Shown piece after piece: positions 48,426 to 58,575 of a stretch of DNA of 64,000 bases. Under the pieces are notes generated by a model. The model was not told the DNA's origin. It ran no database searches and worked only from the letters and a program-made list of their open reading frames with translations. How positions within the stretch are numbered: the first letter of the stretch is position 1; the number at the start of each line of letters is the position of its first letter. The DNA comes from Sumerlaeia bacterium (GTDB lineage Bacteria > Sumerlaeota > Sumerlaeia > SLMS01 > JAHLLQ01). The stretch lies in assembly GCA_040219255.1 (NCBI GenBank), contig JAVJSW010000060.1, positions 6,249-70,248 of the forward strand, given 5' to 3'. A program made the translations under genes and the position numbers.

Positions 48426-50192
48426 TTACCTTTCGGCTTCCAAGTCGTGGGGCGCCAGTCGTCCCTCCGCCCAGGCCACCAGCCGCTCCTTGCGCCACGT
48501 GACGACGACCGCCACCGCGAACACCGCCAGCGCCGCCGCCACCATCAGCAGCGACGCCGGGACCTCGCGGACGAGGCGCCACGTTCCCCAGCCCGCCACG
48601 AGCAGTGCCTGCGCCGCGCCGGCCGTCTTCAGCGCCATCTCGTGGCGCCAGAATCCGATGACGAGGAACCCGGCGATTTCCGCCGCCAGGAACAGGCCGC
48701 CGACCCAGCCGGGGTGCGCCGCCGCCTGCCACAACCCCAGCCCCGCCAGGACCCAGGCCCCGCACCATCGCTCGGCGTCCGGGCGGTCTTGGAACACGAA
48801 CAGGTCCATCAGCAGGTAAATCGCCAGCGCCGCCTGCATCAGCTCGGGAATGTGGGTCCGGTACGGCCCCGGCAGCCATGAGCCCGCCAGGAAAACCGTC
48901 AGCCACGCCGCGCCGGTCCAGGCCCAGAACGTCTGCCGGAACGCCGCCACCGCCAGCCACAGGACCCACACGCCCCAGACCAGGGCCAGCGGATGGCCCA
49001 CGACCCACAGGAACACGCGCTCGAGGGCATCGATCACCACCGCCCACGTAAAGCCTGCCGCCCCAGTCGTGTACAAACCACCCACGACCGCTAGCCCACC
49101 CAGGACCGCGAGGCGCTTGAGGAACAGCGTCTCGCGCCAGCGCAGCCACCCCGCGATGTACGTGACGCAGACCGCCGCTCCGCACGCGATCAGCGGCAGA
49201 CTGCCGGCCAGCACCGGCGGCGCGGCCAGGGCGCTGTGGCTCGACATCTTGCCTGTCACGTCATAGGGCCCGCCCGAGACGATCAATGCCCCGACCGCCA
49301 GCGCGTCCAACGCGAACACGCGCCCGGCGAGACCTTCGCGATCGCGGGCCGTGTTCACCAGGAACCAACCGAGCCCCAGCAGCGCCGGCGCCACATAGAG
49401 CGCGTAGAAGTAGATGTCGTGGATCTTCGCCGACTCGACGTGGTGGGCGATCATCAGGGCGAAGGGCACCAGAGCGATCCAGCGCGGCAGCCACCATTGC
49501 TGGGCCCTGGTGGCGTAATCGGGGCGGCCGTCGCCGATCTTGAGAACGCCGGTCAGTGCCGGCATCGCCAGCATGTAAAGCAAAGGAATCCAACCGATGG
49601 CGTAGTAATACTCGACCCGCGGGAATTCGCGGCCGCGGTTCAGGGACTCGGGCAGCAGATAGATGAACGCCGCCGCCATCACAAAGCCGAGGAACGCCCT
49701 CGGCGACAGCCGCAACTTCACCAGCATCATCAGGATGAAAAGTTTCAGCGGCGCCGCCAGGAAGCAGAACACCGCCCAGCGCAGCGTGTCGCCCCGCTCG
49801 AAGGTCAGCAGCGCGTTGGCGAAAAAGGTGGGGTCGAGAAGGAGCAGCACCTCGATCTGAAAGAGCACGTAGGCGTCACTCAGCTTGCGGAATCGCCGCA
49901 CGATGGCGATGGCTGTCGCGATGACCAGCAATTCGTACAGGTGCAGGATGCTCATGGCCTGCAACGTCGGCCCCGGGTCCTGGTTCTCGAACGTCGTGGC
50001 GGCCATGATCTTGTAGCAGCCGACGATGATCAGCAGGGCGCTGATGGGGTAGAACACGTTCTGGCGCAGGGCTTCCGCCGTGGATTTCCAGAACAGTTCG
50101 CGGACGTTCGAGGGCGGCGGGGCTTGGGGCTGGAAGACGGTGGAAGTGGGGTCTGGGGGGAATTCGGAGGCGGGAGAATTCGTTGTGCTCAT
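48426..50192 (-). CDS. Hypothetical polytopic integral membrane protein (over 12 predicted TM segments)
   Basis: ATG at 50192; long hydrophobic segments throughout; no domain recognised. Confidence 0.6.
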   Translation of the reverse strand: MSTTNSPASEFPPDPTSTVFQPQAPPPSNVRELFWKSTAEALRQNVFYPISALLIIVGCYKIMAATTFENQDPGPTLQAMSILHLYELLVIATAIAIVRRFRKLSDAYVLFQIEVLLLLDPTFFANALLTFERGDTLRWAVFCFLAAPLKLFILMMLVKLRLSPRAFLGFVMAAAFIYLLPESLNRGREFPRVEYYYAIGWIPLLYMLAMPALTGVLKIGDGRPDYATRAQQWWLPRWIALVPFALMIAHHVESAKIHDIYFYALYVAPALLGLGWFLVNTARDREGLAGRVFALDALAVGALIVSGGPYDVTGKMSSHSALAAPPVLAGSLPLIACGAAVCVTYIAGWLRWRETLFLKRLAVLGGLAVVGGLYTTGAAGFTWAVVIDALERVFLWVVGHPLALVWGVWVLWLAVAAFRQTFWAWTGAAWLTVFLAGSWLPGPYRTHIPELMQAALAIYLLMDLFVFQDRPDAERWCGAWVLAGLGLWQAAAHPGWVGGLFLAAEIAGFLVIGFWRHEMALKTAGAAQALLVAGWGTWRLVREVPASLLMVAAALAVFAVAVVVTWRKERLVAWAEGRLAPHDLEAER

Positions 50193-50309
50193 CGGGGGGA
50201 ACTCCTACGGTTGGGGTCGAGGGTTCGGAGCCATTTACCGAGGTGGGTATTTTCCTGCCGCATCGGTGCAACGAAACCGGACGTGTCTGCATCGCGGAGG
50301 CGGGGTTGA

Positions 50310-51416
50310 ATGACTTCAGGGATAAATAAATCACGGATCGGGCCAGATTACGCCCCGGAGCCACCGCCCGCGTCGAATTCCGCGCCGCGCTATGTAATCT
50401 TCTTCACAGGCCTTACCGCCGCCGCTTCGGCGATCCTTGCGGCGGCCTATCTTATCGTTAGCGACCGCACCGCCTGGGGCGAGTTCCTGACGATCTGGCC
50501 GCCGGTGCTGTGGCTGTTCGGCTTGCTGCCGCTGGCGTTGCTTTCGTGCCACCGGCGCCGCGGACGCCTCGGTGTTCTCGCTTTCGCCTGTCCGATCCTG
50601 TTCCTCGCCCTCGCCGGCGAGTGGCGGTCTTTAGTGAATCTTGTCTATTTTGCTCCCGAAGCGCCTTTTGTCTTACAAGTCGGGACATGGAACATGGGTT
50701 CGGGGTACAGTGATTCCACCAAACAGCTCCGCGAAATGGCGGCACACGAGGTGGACCTATGGCTCTTACAGGAAACTCCCGATCATTCCGATGCGTTCAG
50801 CTCGGAAACCCTGACCCAGGCTGGCTTGGCCGGCTTTCACGCGATCGACGCGGGCGATTGCGCGGTGCTCTCGCGCTGGCCGGTGCGGCGGCTCGAGAGC
50901 CAGCGCGTTGGCCCATGGGAGGCGCCGCTCGCCGTGGCGGTGGATCTGTCCGCCAGCCGGACGCTGGTGGTCGTGAACGCGCGGCTGATGCTGCCCTCGC
51001 TCGAACTCAACCCATTTTCATCGCGCGCGAGGGACCGCCTCGCCGCGGACCATGCCCAGCGCATCGCCCAATTCCCCCGCCTGGTGGAGTTGGCGAACCG
51101 TCACGCCGAAAAGGAAAACGCCCAGGCGGCGATCGTGGGCGGCGATTTCAACACGCCGGGCCGCATGTGGTCCGTGCGCGCCCCCCTGCGCGGCGCGGGT
51201 TTCCGCGATGTCTGGCGCGAGGCCGGCGCGGGCTGGCCCGGCACCATGACCGCCGATTTTCCCGTGGCCCGCATCGACCAGCTCTGGGCGCGGGGTGCCC
51301 TGCGCCCCACGCTCGCCCGCGTCCACCCGGCCGATGGCCTCTCCGACCACCGCCCGCTGCTCGCCGAGCTTGCCTGGGAGGGCGAAACCTCGGCATCCCC
51401 CGCGCCCCAGCGGTGA
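50310..51416 (+). CDS. Membrane-anchored endonuclease/exonuclease/phosphatase (EEP) family protein
   Basis: N-terminal TM helices; 'VGTWNMGSG', 'GGDFNT', 'SDHRPL' EEP catalytic motifs; ATG at 50310. Confidence 0.65.
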   Translation: MTSGINKSRIGPDYAPEPPPASNSAPRYVIFFTGLTAAASAILAAAYLIVSDRTAWGEFLTIWPPVLWLFGLLPLALLSCHRRRGRLGVLAFACPILFLALAGEWRSLVNLVYFAPEAPFVLQVGTWNMGSGYSDSTKQLREMAAHEVDLWLLQETPDHSDAFSSETLTQAGLAGFHAIDAGDCAVLSRWPVRRLESQRVGPWEAPLAVAVDLSASRTLVVVNARLMLPSLELNPFSSRARDRLAADHAQRIAQFPRLVELANRHAEKENAQAAIVGGDFNTPGRMWSVRAPLRGAGFRDVWREAGAGWPGTMTADFPVARIDQLWARGALRPTLARVHPADGLSDHRPLLAELAWEGETSASPAPQR

Positions 51417-51493
51417 TTTAATCGAGCCCCCGCCGCCCCAGTCCGAAAACCCGCTTGTTCTCGCGCGGTCGAATCAGGCAGGACTGCGGCGCT

Positions 51494-51829
51494 ATGGCGA
51501 CGGAACGGTTCTCTACACTGCCGAAGGGCGACGACGTGCGATGGGTGACGCTGCCGGTGACTCTACCGGCGGAGTGCATCCAACGCGTCTGCGTTCTGAT
51601 GGAAGGCTACGACAACCTGGCCGTCGTCCGCACGCCGGTTCCCGGCGTGGGCCTGCTGCACGTTTACGTGTGGAGCGGCCACGAAGCCCTTGCGCGGCGG
51701 GTCCTGGCGGACATCGGCCGCGAATTTCCCCTCCACATCGGCGAAGCCATCGCCGGCATGGTGGGCCAGGATGAAACCTGGATCGATCACGACAAGAAGC
51801 CGAACCGATCGGCTGCGGATACCCCATGA
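51494..51829 (+). CDS. Small hypothetical protein (111 aa)
   Basis: ATG at 51494; ends overlapping the start of the next gene at 51826. Confidence 0.35.
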   Translation: MATERFSTLPKGDDVRWVTLPVTLPAECIQRVCVLMEGYDNLAVVRTPVPGVGLLHVYVWSGHEALARRVLADIGREFPLHIGEAIAGMVGQDETWIDHDKKPNRSAADTP

Positions 51830-54513
51830 GCGATCACGACCTGAGAGAAAACGAACGCGAGCCCCAGGATGCGGAGGCAACCGCCAGCGAGGACGGCTTC
51901 TGCGAAGACCGCCTGCCGACAAGAACGGTCATGGCGTCCAGTCTGCTCCTGGGCGCGTTGGCGTTGGCGCATTTCCTGGCGCTGACGCCTTTCACGCACA
52001 ATCTGGACGACGTCAAGTACCTGACGATGTGGAGCGGGGGCGCCATCGCGCTGATGGTTTATTGCGCGATGGTGGCCTTTGGCCGCGCGGCGCTTCCGCC
52101 CCGGATCATCTTCATCCCCTACGTCGGCTACGTTCTGACCCTCGTGGTCTCGACGCTTTTCGCCTCCGAGTCCTACTCGAAATGGATCGGTTGGGAGATG
52201 GTGACATTCCACACGTCGCTGGCCGGGTGGTTCCTGCTGGGAACCGCCACCGCCGCCACGATGCGCTCCGCCCGCTGGACGGCCCGCTATTGGGTCGTGG
52301 TGGCTCTGGTCACTTGCGGCTTCGGCATCTTCCACTTCTTCGGGGGGTTGGAGTGGATTTACGACAAGCTGCCGCCGTTGACGCCGGGGCAGGAATCGCC
52401 CCCCATGCGCGCCTTGATCTTCACCTTCGCCCAATCGCGGGACATGCTCTCCACGATCCTCAACAAGCAGTTCTTCGCCAACTTCCTGGCGGTCATGTTG
52501 CCCGTCTGCCTGGCGGCGGTGGTGCTCAATTTCCACAGCCTGAACGAGAACCTGCGCAAGGGATTGCCGATCACCAATCCGGCAGCCTGGGTCCTGGCCT
52601 CCAGCCTGGGCGTCGTCTTCTGCGCGTTCTGCATTTTCCAGACGTTCTCCAAGGCGAGCCTGTTCGGCCTGCCCCTGGTCTTCCTGGCCTTCGCGATCCT
52701 GGTGCCGCTCTGCACCAGCTATCGCATCCGCATTCCCGCCTGGCCCTTGGCGGCGAGCTTGCTGGCGATCATGATTCTGTCCACGCTGGCGGTGGCCTGG
52801 GCCGAACTGGTGGATCAGTTCCGGTCCGTTTCCACCTCCATGGAATCGCGCGAGATCATCTGGCAGGGCGCCATCAACATGTGGAAGGACAACCCGATTC
52901 TGGGCGCCGGCCCCGGCTCCTTCCGCCTCGAATTCCCCAAGTACCGCTCGCCCGACTACCACCTCTACGACATCAGCAACGTCACCCTCTACGCGCACAA
53001 TCGCTTCCTCGATCTCCTCGCGGAAAACGGCATCGTGGGCTTCGGCTTCTATGTCGCCTTCCTGGGGGCCATCGGCTGGCTCGGTTTCCGGGTCATTCTC
53101 CGCTGCCCATCCCAGAACATGCGCGTTCTGATGATCGGGTATCTTCTGGGTCTGGGGTATTTCTATCTGGGCAATCTGGCTACGCCGATGATGCGCTGGC
53201 CCGTGGGCGCCGTAACGGCGCACCTGGTGCTGGGTATCACGACGGGTCTGATCATGACGGGTCTGCGGGGCAATCTGCCGCCGCCGCAGGAAATGCCAGG
53301 CGTCGCCGTACCCGGTCCGCAGCGCCAGAACTTCCAATGGACTCGCCTAAGCATCGCCGCCGCCACCGCCGCGGTTCTGGCTTTCGGCTATCTGCTCTAC
53401 ATCCACGATCGCGGTAAGCACTACTTCGCCGCCAGCGTCGCCAACAACCAGGGCGTCCTGATCATCAGCCGCACGCCGATGAGCGAAAAGGGCCTGGGCA
53501 TTTCCAAGGCGCAGTTTATCAACTACGCGGGCAACGAGATGGAAAAGGCTCGCAAGCTGTTCGATACGGCGATGGAAGAAAATCCGAATTTCATCACATC
53601 GTACTATAAGCAGGCGCACGTCTATAACCGGCTGGCAAGCCTCTACGAAGCCGCCGGCAATCGGGAAAAGAGCGAGGAGATGCAGCTCAAGGGGCTGGAG
53701 GTCTACGCCGACCTGCGGGAGCTGGCGCCCGATTATTCGGAGATTCACTACAACCTGGCAGTCATCAACGCGGACCTGGCGGACGACTACAAGCAGCAGG
53801 CGCAAGCGATGCCGGCGGGCTCGGAGCAGCGTCAGGCCATGATGGAGAAGGCCCGAGCCACGATGGAGGAAGCCATCGTCTCCGTCGACCGCGCCGCCGA
53901 ACTGAGCAACAAGATCAACGTGTACTACATCCGCGGCCTGTTCTACGAACGGCTTGCAGCGATGCACCCAGAGGGCTCGGAGAAGTATCTGACCGCCATC
54001 GCCAACGCGGCCCGGTCCTATGAAACCGCTCGCGACGCTCCCTTCGCCCGAGTGTTGCAGGACGAAAATCAGCGCGAAACGGAAGAGGCGCAGAAGCGCC
54101 TGGCCGCGGGGAAGGCCGCCGGCCTCTACAACCTGGCCAAAATGTATCCGGAAGCGGGCGAGGCGTACTGGAAAGTGTACCAGGAAAACCCGAACGACAG
54201 CCAGCCCCTCAATCGCGCCATCGTGTCCTTTGTGTTGGCCAAGGACCTGGATCGCGCCGAGGAATTGGTGAAGGAAGGTTTGCGCCGCAACCCGCTCAAC
54301 CCCGATTTCCAACTGGTGTACGCCGAGCTGTTGGCCGAGCAGGCGGCCTCGCGGGAGAATCAGGACCTGGCCTGGAAGGCGCTCGAGCAGGCCCTGTTCG
54401 TCAGCGAAGTGGCCGAGCGCGTTCCCGATTACCTCGACAAGCAGCAGCAAGAACGCCTGACCCGTATCATTCAGCGGGGCCATGGATTGGCCCGCCAATT
54501 GAACCAATCTTGA
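51826..54513 (+). CDS. O-antigen ligase/polymerase-like (Wzy_C) polytopic membrane protein with C-terminal TPR-repeat domain
   Basis: 'YAHNRFLDLLAENGIVGFGFYVAFL' Wzy_C signature region; C-terminal TPR-like repeats; ATG at 51826. Confidence 0.7.
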   Translation: MSDHDLRENEREPQDAEATASEDGFCEDRLPTRTVMASSLLLGALALAHFLALTPFTHNLDDVKYLTMWSGGAIALMVYCAMVAFGRAALPPRIIFIPYVGYVLTLVVSTLFASESYSKWIGWEMVTFHTSLAGWFLLGTATAATMRSARWTARYWVVVALVTCGFGIFHFFGGLEWIYDKLPPLTPGQESPPMRALIFTFAQSRDMLSTILNKQFFANFLAVMLPVCLAAVVLNFHSLNENLRKGLPITNPAAWVLASSLGVVFCAFCIFQTFSKASLFGLPLVFLAFAILVPLCTSYRIRIPAWPLAASLLAIMILSTLAVAWAELVDQFRSVSTSMESREIIWQGAINMWKDNPILGAGPGSFRLEFPKYRSPDYHLYDISNVTLYAHNRFLDLLAENGIVGFGFYVAFLGAIGWLGFRVILRCPSQNMRVLMIGYLLGLGYFYLGNLATPMMRWPVGAVTAHLVLGITTGLIMTGLRGNLPPPQEMPGVAVPGPQRQNFQWTRLSIAAATAAVLAFGYLLYIHDRGKHYFAASVANNQGVLIISRTPMSEKGLGISKAQFINYAGNEMEKARKLFDTAMEENPNFITSYYKQAHVYNRLASLYEAAGNREKSEEMQLKGLEVYADLRELAPDYSEIHYNLAVINADLADDYKQQAQAMPAGSEQRQAMMEKARATMEEAIVSVDRAAELSNKINVYYIRGLFYERLAAMHPEGSEKYLTAIANAARSYETARDAPFARVLQDENQRETEEAQKRLAAGKAAGLYNLAKMYPEAGEAYWKVYQENPNDSQPLNRAIVSFVLAKDLDRAEELVKEGLRRNPLNPDFQLVYAELLAEQAASRENQDLAWKALEQALFVSEVAERVPDYLDKQQQERLTRIIQRGHGLARQLNQS

Positions 54514-54527
54514 CGAACGAGCCCTCC

Positions 54528-55517
54528 ATGACCTTCTCCGCCACCCAAGGCGCGCTTCACATCCGCGTCCCCGCTTCCACCTCCAACCTCGGCCCCGGCT
54601 ACGATGTGCTGGGCTGCGCGTTCCAGCTTCACAACGAGTTCCTCGTGCGCCTCCTCGAGGGCGAAGGGGACTCGGAGATCGCCTTCACCGGGCCCCAGGC
54701 CAAGGGGCTGACGCCGTCGCCGGACAACGTGTTCTTCACCAGCGCGGCCCGGCTGTTCCAGTTTCTCGGCCGCCCCGTGCCCCGGCTGGAAGTCACCGCC
54801 GTCTGCCACGTGCCCAACGCGCGCGGCCTGGGCAGCAGTTCCACCGCCGTGGTGGCGGGCTTGCTAGCGGCGGATGCGATTTGCGGGGGGATGCTGGAGG
54901 ACGGCGGCCAATCGTTTTTCGCCGCGGCTCCGGTCGGCGTCTCCGGCTTGCTGGACCTGGCCAGCCAGATCGAAGGCCATCCGGACAATGTGGCCCCGGC
55001 GCTGCTCGGCGGATTGACCTGCGCGATGATGGCGCCCGACGGCCATGTGGTGGCCAGCCGCTCGCGCCCCCACCCGGCGCTGGGTTTCGTCGTCTACTCG
55101 CCCGATTACGAGGTCCGCACGGAAGACGCCCGCAACGCCCTGCCCAAGACCATCGCCCACAGCGACGCCGTGGCGAACCTGGCGCGGTTGCCTCTCCTGA
55201 TCGACGCGCTGACCCGGGGCGACGCCAGCGAGTTGGCGCTGCTGACCATCGACCGGTTGCACGAACCCTATCGCAAGCCCCTCTATCGGCAGTTCGAGGA
55301 ATTGAAGGCGGTGGCGCGGGAAGCCGGCGCGGCGGCCGCGTGCCTCAGCGGCGCGGGGCCATCGATGTTGGCCATCGGCGTGGTGGAGGACCTGCCGCGG
55401 GTGGCCCAGGCATGGAAAAAAGCCGCCGAAGACTTCGGTCTCGGCGGCGAGGTGCGGGTGTTGGAGGTGGAATACGAAGGCGCTTCGGTTCAATCCTACG
55501 AAAGCGCCCCGTCCTGA
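54528..55517 (+). CDS. thrB: Homoserine kinase
   Basis: 'VPASTSNLGPGYDVLG' GHMP motif and 'GSSSTAVVAG'; ATG at 54528 preferred over the TTG at 54510. Confidence 0.85.
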   Translation: MTFSATQGALHIRVPASTSNLGPGYDVLGCAFQLHNEFLVRLLEGEGDSEIAFTGPQAKGLTPSPDNVFFTSAARLFQFLGRPVPRLEVTAVCHVPNARGLGSSSTAVVAGLLAADAICGGMLEDGGQSFFAAAPVGVSGLLDLASQIEGHPDNVAPALLGGLTCAMMAPDGHVVASRSRPHPALGFVVYSPDYEVRTEDARNALPKTIAHSDAVANLARLPLLIDALTRGDASELALLTIDRLHEPYRKPLYRQFEELKAVAREAGAAAACLSGAGPSMLAIGVVEDLPRVAQAWKKAAEDFGLGGEVRVLEVEYEGASVQSYESAPS

Positions 55518-55559
55518 CGAAAACTCAGGACCTGATCGAGAGCAGCCCCCCGGAAGTCT

Positions 55560-56255
55560 CTAGCCGGTGATGCGGCTGGCCACCTCCATGCCACAGGGAA
55601 CGGGCGGAGCCTCGCCGCCGTAGCGGCCGATGTCGCCTCCGCTGATGGCGCCGTTGGTGGGATCGTAAACGCTGTTCACGCCGAGGTAGTCGGGCTGGAT
55701 GGTGGCGCATCCGGCGCCGTCCCAGCCGTACATGTGGATGTAGCCGAAGAGCTGGTCGGGTCCGGCGCTTTGCAACATGAAGGCGCGGCGGTAAGGCGTC
55801 CCCGGCCCGAAGGCGTTGCGCGAGGCCCAGGTCAGGGGCTCGCCCGGGTTCGTGGACTCGGCGTAGTTATAGAAGAAAATGCTGCCTTCCCACGATCCGA
55901 TCGTCGTGCCGTCTTCCGTGACGAGCTTCGTTTCCTTGCCGAGGAAAGGATCCTGCCAGGGAATGGTGCTGAGGTAAACGGTCGGTGTGGTCAACGCGTG
56001 CAGGCCGTTGCGCGCTTCCACGTCGCGATTGTCGACCGGGTACCGGTTGTGATCGACGACGTAGGATTCCAGGGCGACGGCGATGGTGCGGAAATCCATC
56101 TTGGCGCGGCTGACCTTGGCCCGGGTCTGCGCCTGCAGGAAATTGGGAACGGCAATGGCCGCCAGAATGGCGATGATCGCCACGACGATGAGCAGTTCGA
56201 TCAATGTGAATGCGGGGGCAATACGGCTGAATTTCTGAATTCTGGAAGGGCGCAT
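55560..56255 (-). CDS. Prepilin-type N-terminal cleavage/methylation domain protein, DUF1559 family
   Basis: 'FTLIELLIVVAIIAILAAIAVPNF' type IV pilin-like N-terminus; ATG at 56255. Confidence 0.75.
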   Translation of the reverse strand: MRPSRIQKFSRIAPAFTLIELLIVVAIIAILAAIAVPNFLQAQTRAKVSRAKMDFRTIAVALESYVVDHNRYPVDNRDVEARNGLHALTTPTVYLSTIPWQDPFLGKETKLVTEDGTTIGSWEGSIFFYNYAESTNPGEPLTWASRNAFGPGTPYRRAFMLQSAGPDQLFGYIHMYGWDGAGCATIQPDYLGVNSVYDPTNGAISGGDIGRYGGEAPPVPCGMEVASRITG

Positions 56256-56464
56256 AATCGTCACCTGGAAAAATTGTTTCGCGGTGATCTTTATTGTTAC
56301 CAGACCTGTGCCACTTCTTGACGCTCTTCCAAGTCGAGTCATACCAGTGCGGAACATTTCACTGGTCAGGGCGTCTTGAGTAAGGCCGTTCTCCCTCTTG
56401 TCTCGATTGGAGACTGGGTGTGAAACGGAGTTTCCCTATTATACGGGGGAAAAGACTATTCGCT

Positions 56465-56528
56465 TTAAAATAGAAAATCCCCCGGAGTGAGGGCGCGGCG
56501 ATCCGCAACCATTCTCACTTCCGGGGGA
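56465..56528 (-). terminator. Rho-independent terminator downstream of the O-methyltransferase gene
   Basis: Hairpin tcccccggagtgag...ctcacttccggggga followed on the minus strand by ttttctattttaaag. Confidence 0.5.
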
Positions 56529-56543
56529 ATTCGGCTGTATTTC

Positions 56544-57617
56544 TTACTTGGTGGAAACGTACCAGTAATTCTGAATGTCGTGCTCGAGTTCGTGCACCTC
56601 GGTGCCGAGGAAGCCGGCGTCCTCGAGCATTTCCACGGCCAGTTCCTTGCCCCACGCGGCGCCCAGTCCCATGCCGCCTTGCGCCAGCGAAACGCTCATG
56701 CAGTGCAGGCAGGAAATGGCGTAGATGAACGGGGCGACGGGGTGGTCGAGGTTGTTTTCCAGGTGGCTGCTGGCGCGGATGTCCTGCATCAGGAAGGTCC
56801 CGCCGGGCTTGAGCGCGCGGCGGATGTTCGCCAGCACCAGGTCCGGCCGGGCCTGATCGTGGATCGCGTCGAAAGCCGTGATGACATCGAAGGCGTCTTC
56901 TTCGTCCCAGGCGGCGGCGTTGCGTTCCGCGAACTCGATGTTGGTCAGGCCGCGGGCTTCGGCGGTGGCGCGGGCGCGCTCGACCGCTTCCTCGCACAGG
57001 TCGTAGCCGGTGAAGTGGCTGGCGGGGAAAAGTTCGGCCAGACGGCACAGAGTCAGGCCGCTGCCGCATCCGACGTCGAGGAGGCGGACGCCGCGCTCGA
57101 GGTCGCGCACCAATCCGGGCACGAGCGGCAGGATGTGCTCGGTCAGGGCCGAGCCCACGGTCTGGCTGCTTTCCTCGGCCATGACCGGGTGAAAGCGGGC
57201 GTAGCGTTCGTAGGGAACGCCGCCGCCCTCGCGGAAACAGCGCACGATTTCGTCCTCCACGCCGCCGAGAACGGCGAAGAACTGCATCGGCGAGGCGAAG
57301 TTGTTGGGCCCGGCGGCACGGGTCAGGTAAGCGGCGTGCTCGGCGGGCAGGCGATAGGTCTTGGAAAGCGGTTCGTAATCCACGATGCCGGCGGTGACGA
57401 AGCAGCCGAGGGCTTCGCGGACGTAGCGTTCATTGAGGCGGGCGGCTTCGGCGATTTCCGCCGACGTGCTGTGCGAAAGGTTGGCCATCGTGTCGAACAG
57501 GCCGGTGCGATGGGCGACGGAGATCATGAGGGCGATGGAGCCATGGTTCAGGACGGAAAGCATCTGGCCGGCGAAGGCTTCGGCTTTATCGGTGTTGACG
57601 GTGCATGCGGTACACAT
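56544..57617 (-). CDS. SAM-dependent O-methyltransferase with N-terminal winged-helix/dimerisation domain
   Basis: 'LLDVGCGSG' motif I; about 350 aa, typical of plant-type/bacterial OMTs. Confidence 0.75.
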   Translation of the reverse strand: MCTACTVNTDKAEAFAGQMLSVLNHGSIALMISVAHRTGLFDTMANLSHSTSAEIAEAARLNERYVREALGCFVTAGIVDYEPLSKTYRLPAEHAAYLTRAAGPNNFASPMQFFAVLGGVEDEIVRCFREGGGVPYERYARFHPVMAEESSQTVGSALTEHILPLVPGLVRDLERGVRLLDVGCGSGLTLCRLAELFPASHFTGYDLCEEAVERARATAEARGLTNIEFAERNAAAWDEEDAFDVITAFDAIHDQARPDLVLANIRRALKPGGTFLMQDIRASSHLENNLDHPVAPFIYAISCLHCMSVSLAQGGMGLGAAWGKELAVEMLEDAGFLGTEVHELEHDIQNYWYVSTK

Positions 57618-57942
57618 AGTGAAGGAGTCCTCTGAAGTATAAGAGAAGTAGGAGAGAAGTGAAAGGAAATGTAGGGAAACAATAGGGTCCCGGCGTCTCT
57701 GGTCTCGGGCCGGGCCGGAGCGGGGGAGAACCGGCCCCCGCGGTGAAGGGCGGGAGCATAGTCAGGACGGCTCGCCGGTAAAGTGGAAATGGTTGCAGGC
57801 AACGGAAGTGTCCGCTGGCGGACAAGGCCCGGCGCCTTCGGGCTTGAAATCCCGCGGGCCAGGCCTTACCCCAACGGGCCGGCCGGGCGGGAGGCTTCTT
57901 GCGCCCCCGCCGGCAATCCGCTCCGAAGAGCCCCCACGCCCC

Positions 57943-58575
57943 ATGTCCGCACCCCTCGCCACGAACGATCTTTGGTACGAAACATTCCCCGAATTGGTCG
58001 CCCGATGGTTCAACGCCAAGAGTTCGGCCGAGCGGCTGAGGCTGGTGAACAGCGCCCGCATTTCCATCGCGGCGGAGGAGCGATCCCGCACCCTGATGGA
58101 GCACGCGCGTGTCAAGCCGCTGCCGAAGCTGACCACGGCCCGCCAATGGGATGTGCGATGGGAGCCGAAGGCGGCCTGGGAGCACGTGCGCAAGGGCATC
58201 CGGCGCTTCAACTGGGACTGCAAACGCACGAGAACCAGCGTGGTGCGTCAGGAAATGATGATCGCGGCGCAGGAACTCGATACGGGAACGGGGGGGGCGC
58301 CCTTGGTGCTGGTGGAGGACCGGGTGCTGGAGACCCTGGCGGCGAAGGCGAAAGCGGGCGGGCTTCTGTTGAAAGCGTCGCCGGCGGACCTGGCGCCGCT
58401 GGTGCTGGCGCGCGAGTTATTCTGGCTCGCGGCGGAGGCCAAGCCCATGGCCGGCGCGGGCGAGTACCTCGATGAACTCGCCTGCCACGATTTCGTGGAA
58501 CGGCTGCTCGGTCTGCCGTTCAGCCCCATGGTGTTCGATTTTCTGCCCGATCCGCCCCGCCCGCCCCGCGCATGA
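57943..58575 (+). CDS. Hypothetical protein (210 aa); overlaps the tsaC start by 4 nt
   Basis: ATG at 57943; its stop overlaps the tsaC ATG (ATGA). Confidence 0.45.
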   Translation: MSAPLATNDLWYETFPELVARWFNAKSSAERLRLVNSARISIAAEERSRTLMEHARVKPLPKLTTARQWDVRWEPKAAWEHVRKGIRRFNWDCKRTRTSVVRQEMMIAAQELDTGTGGAPLVLVEDRVLETLAAKAKAGGLLLKASPADLAPLVLARELFWLAAEAKPMAGAGEYLDELACHDFVERLLGLPFSPMVFDFLPDPPRPPRA

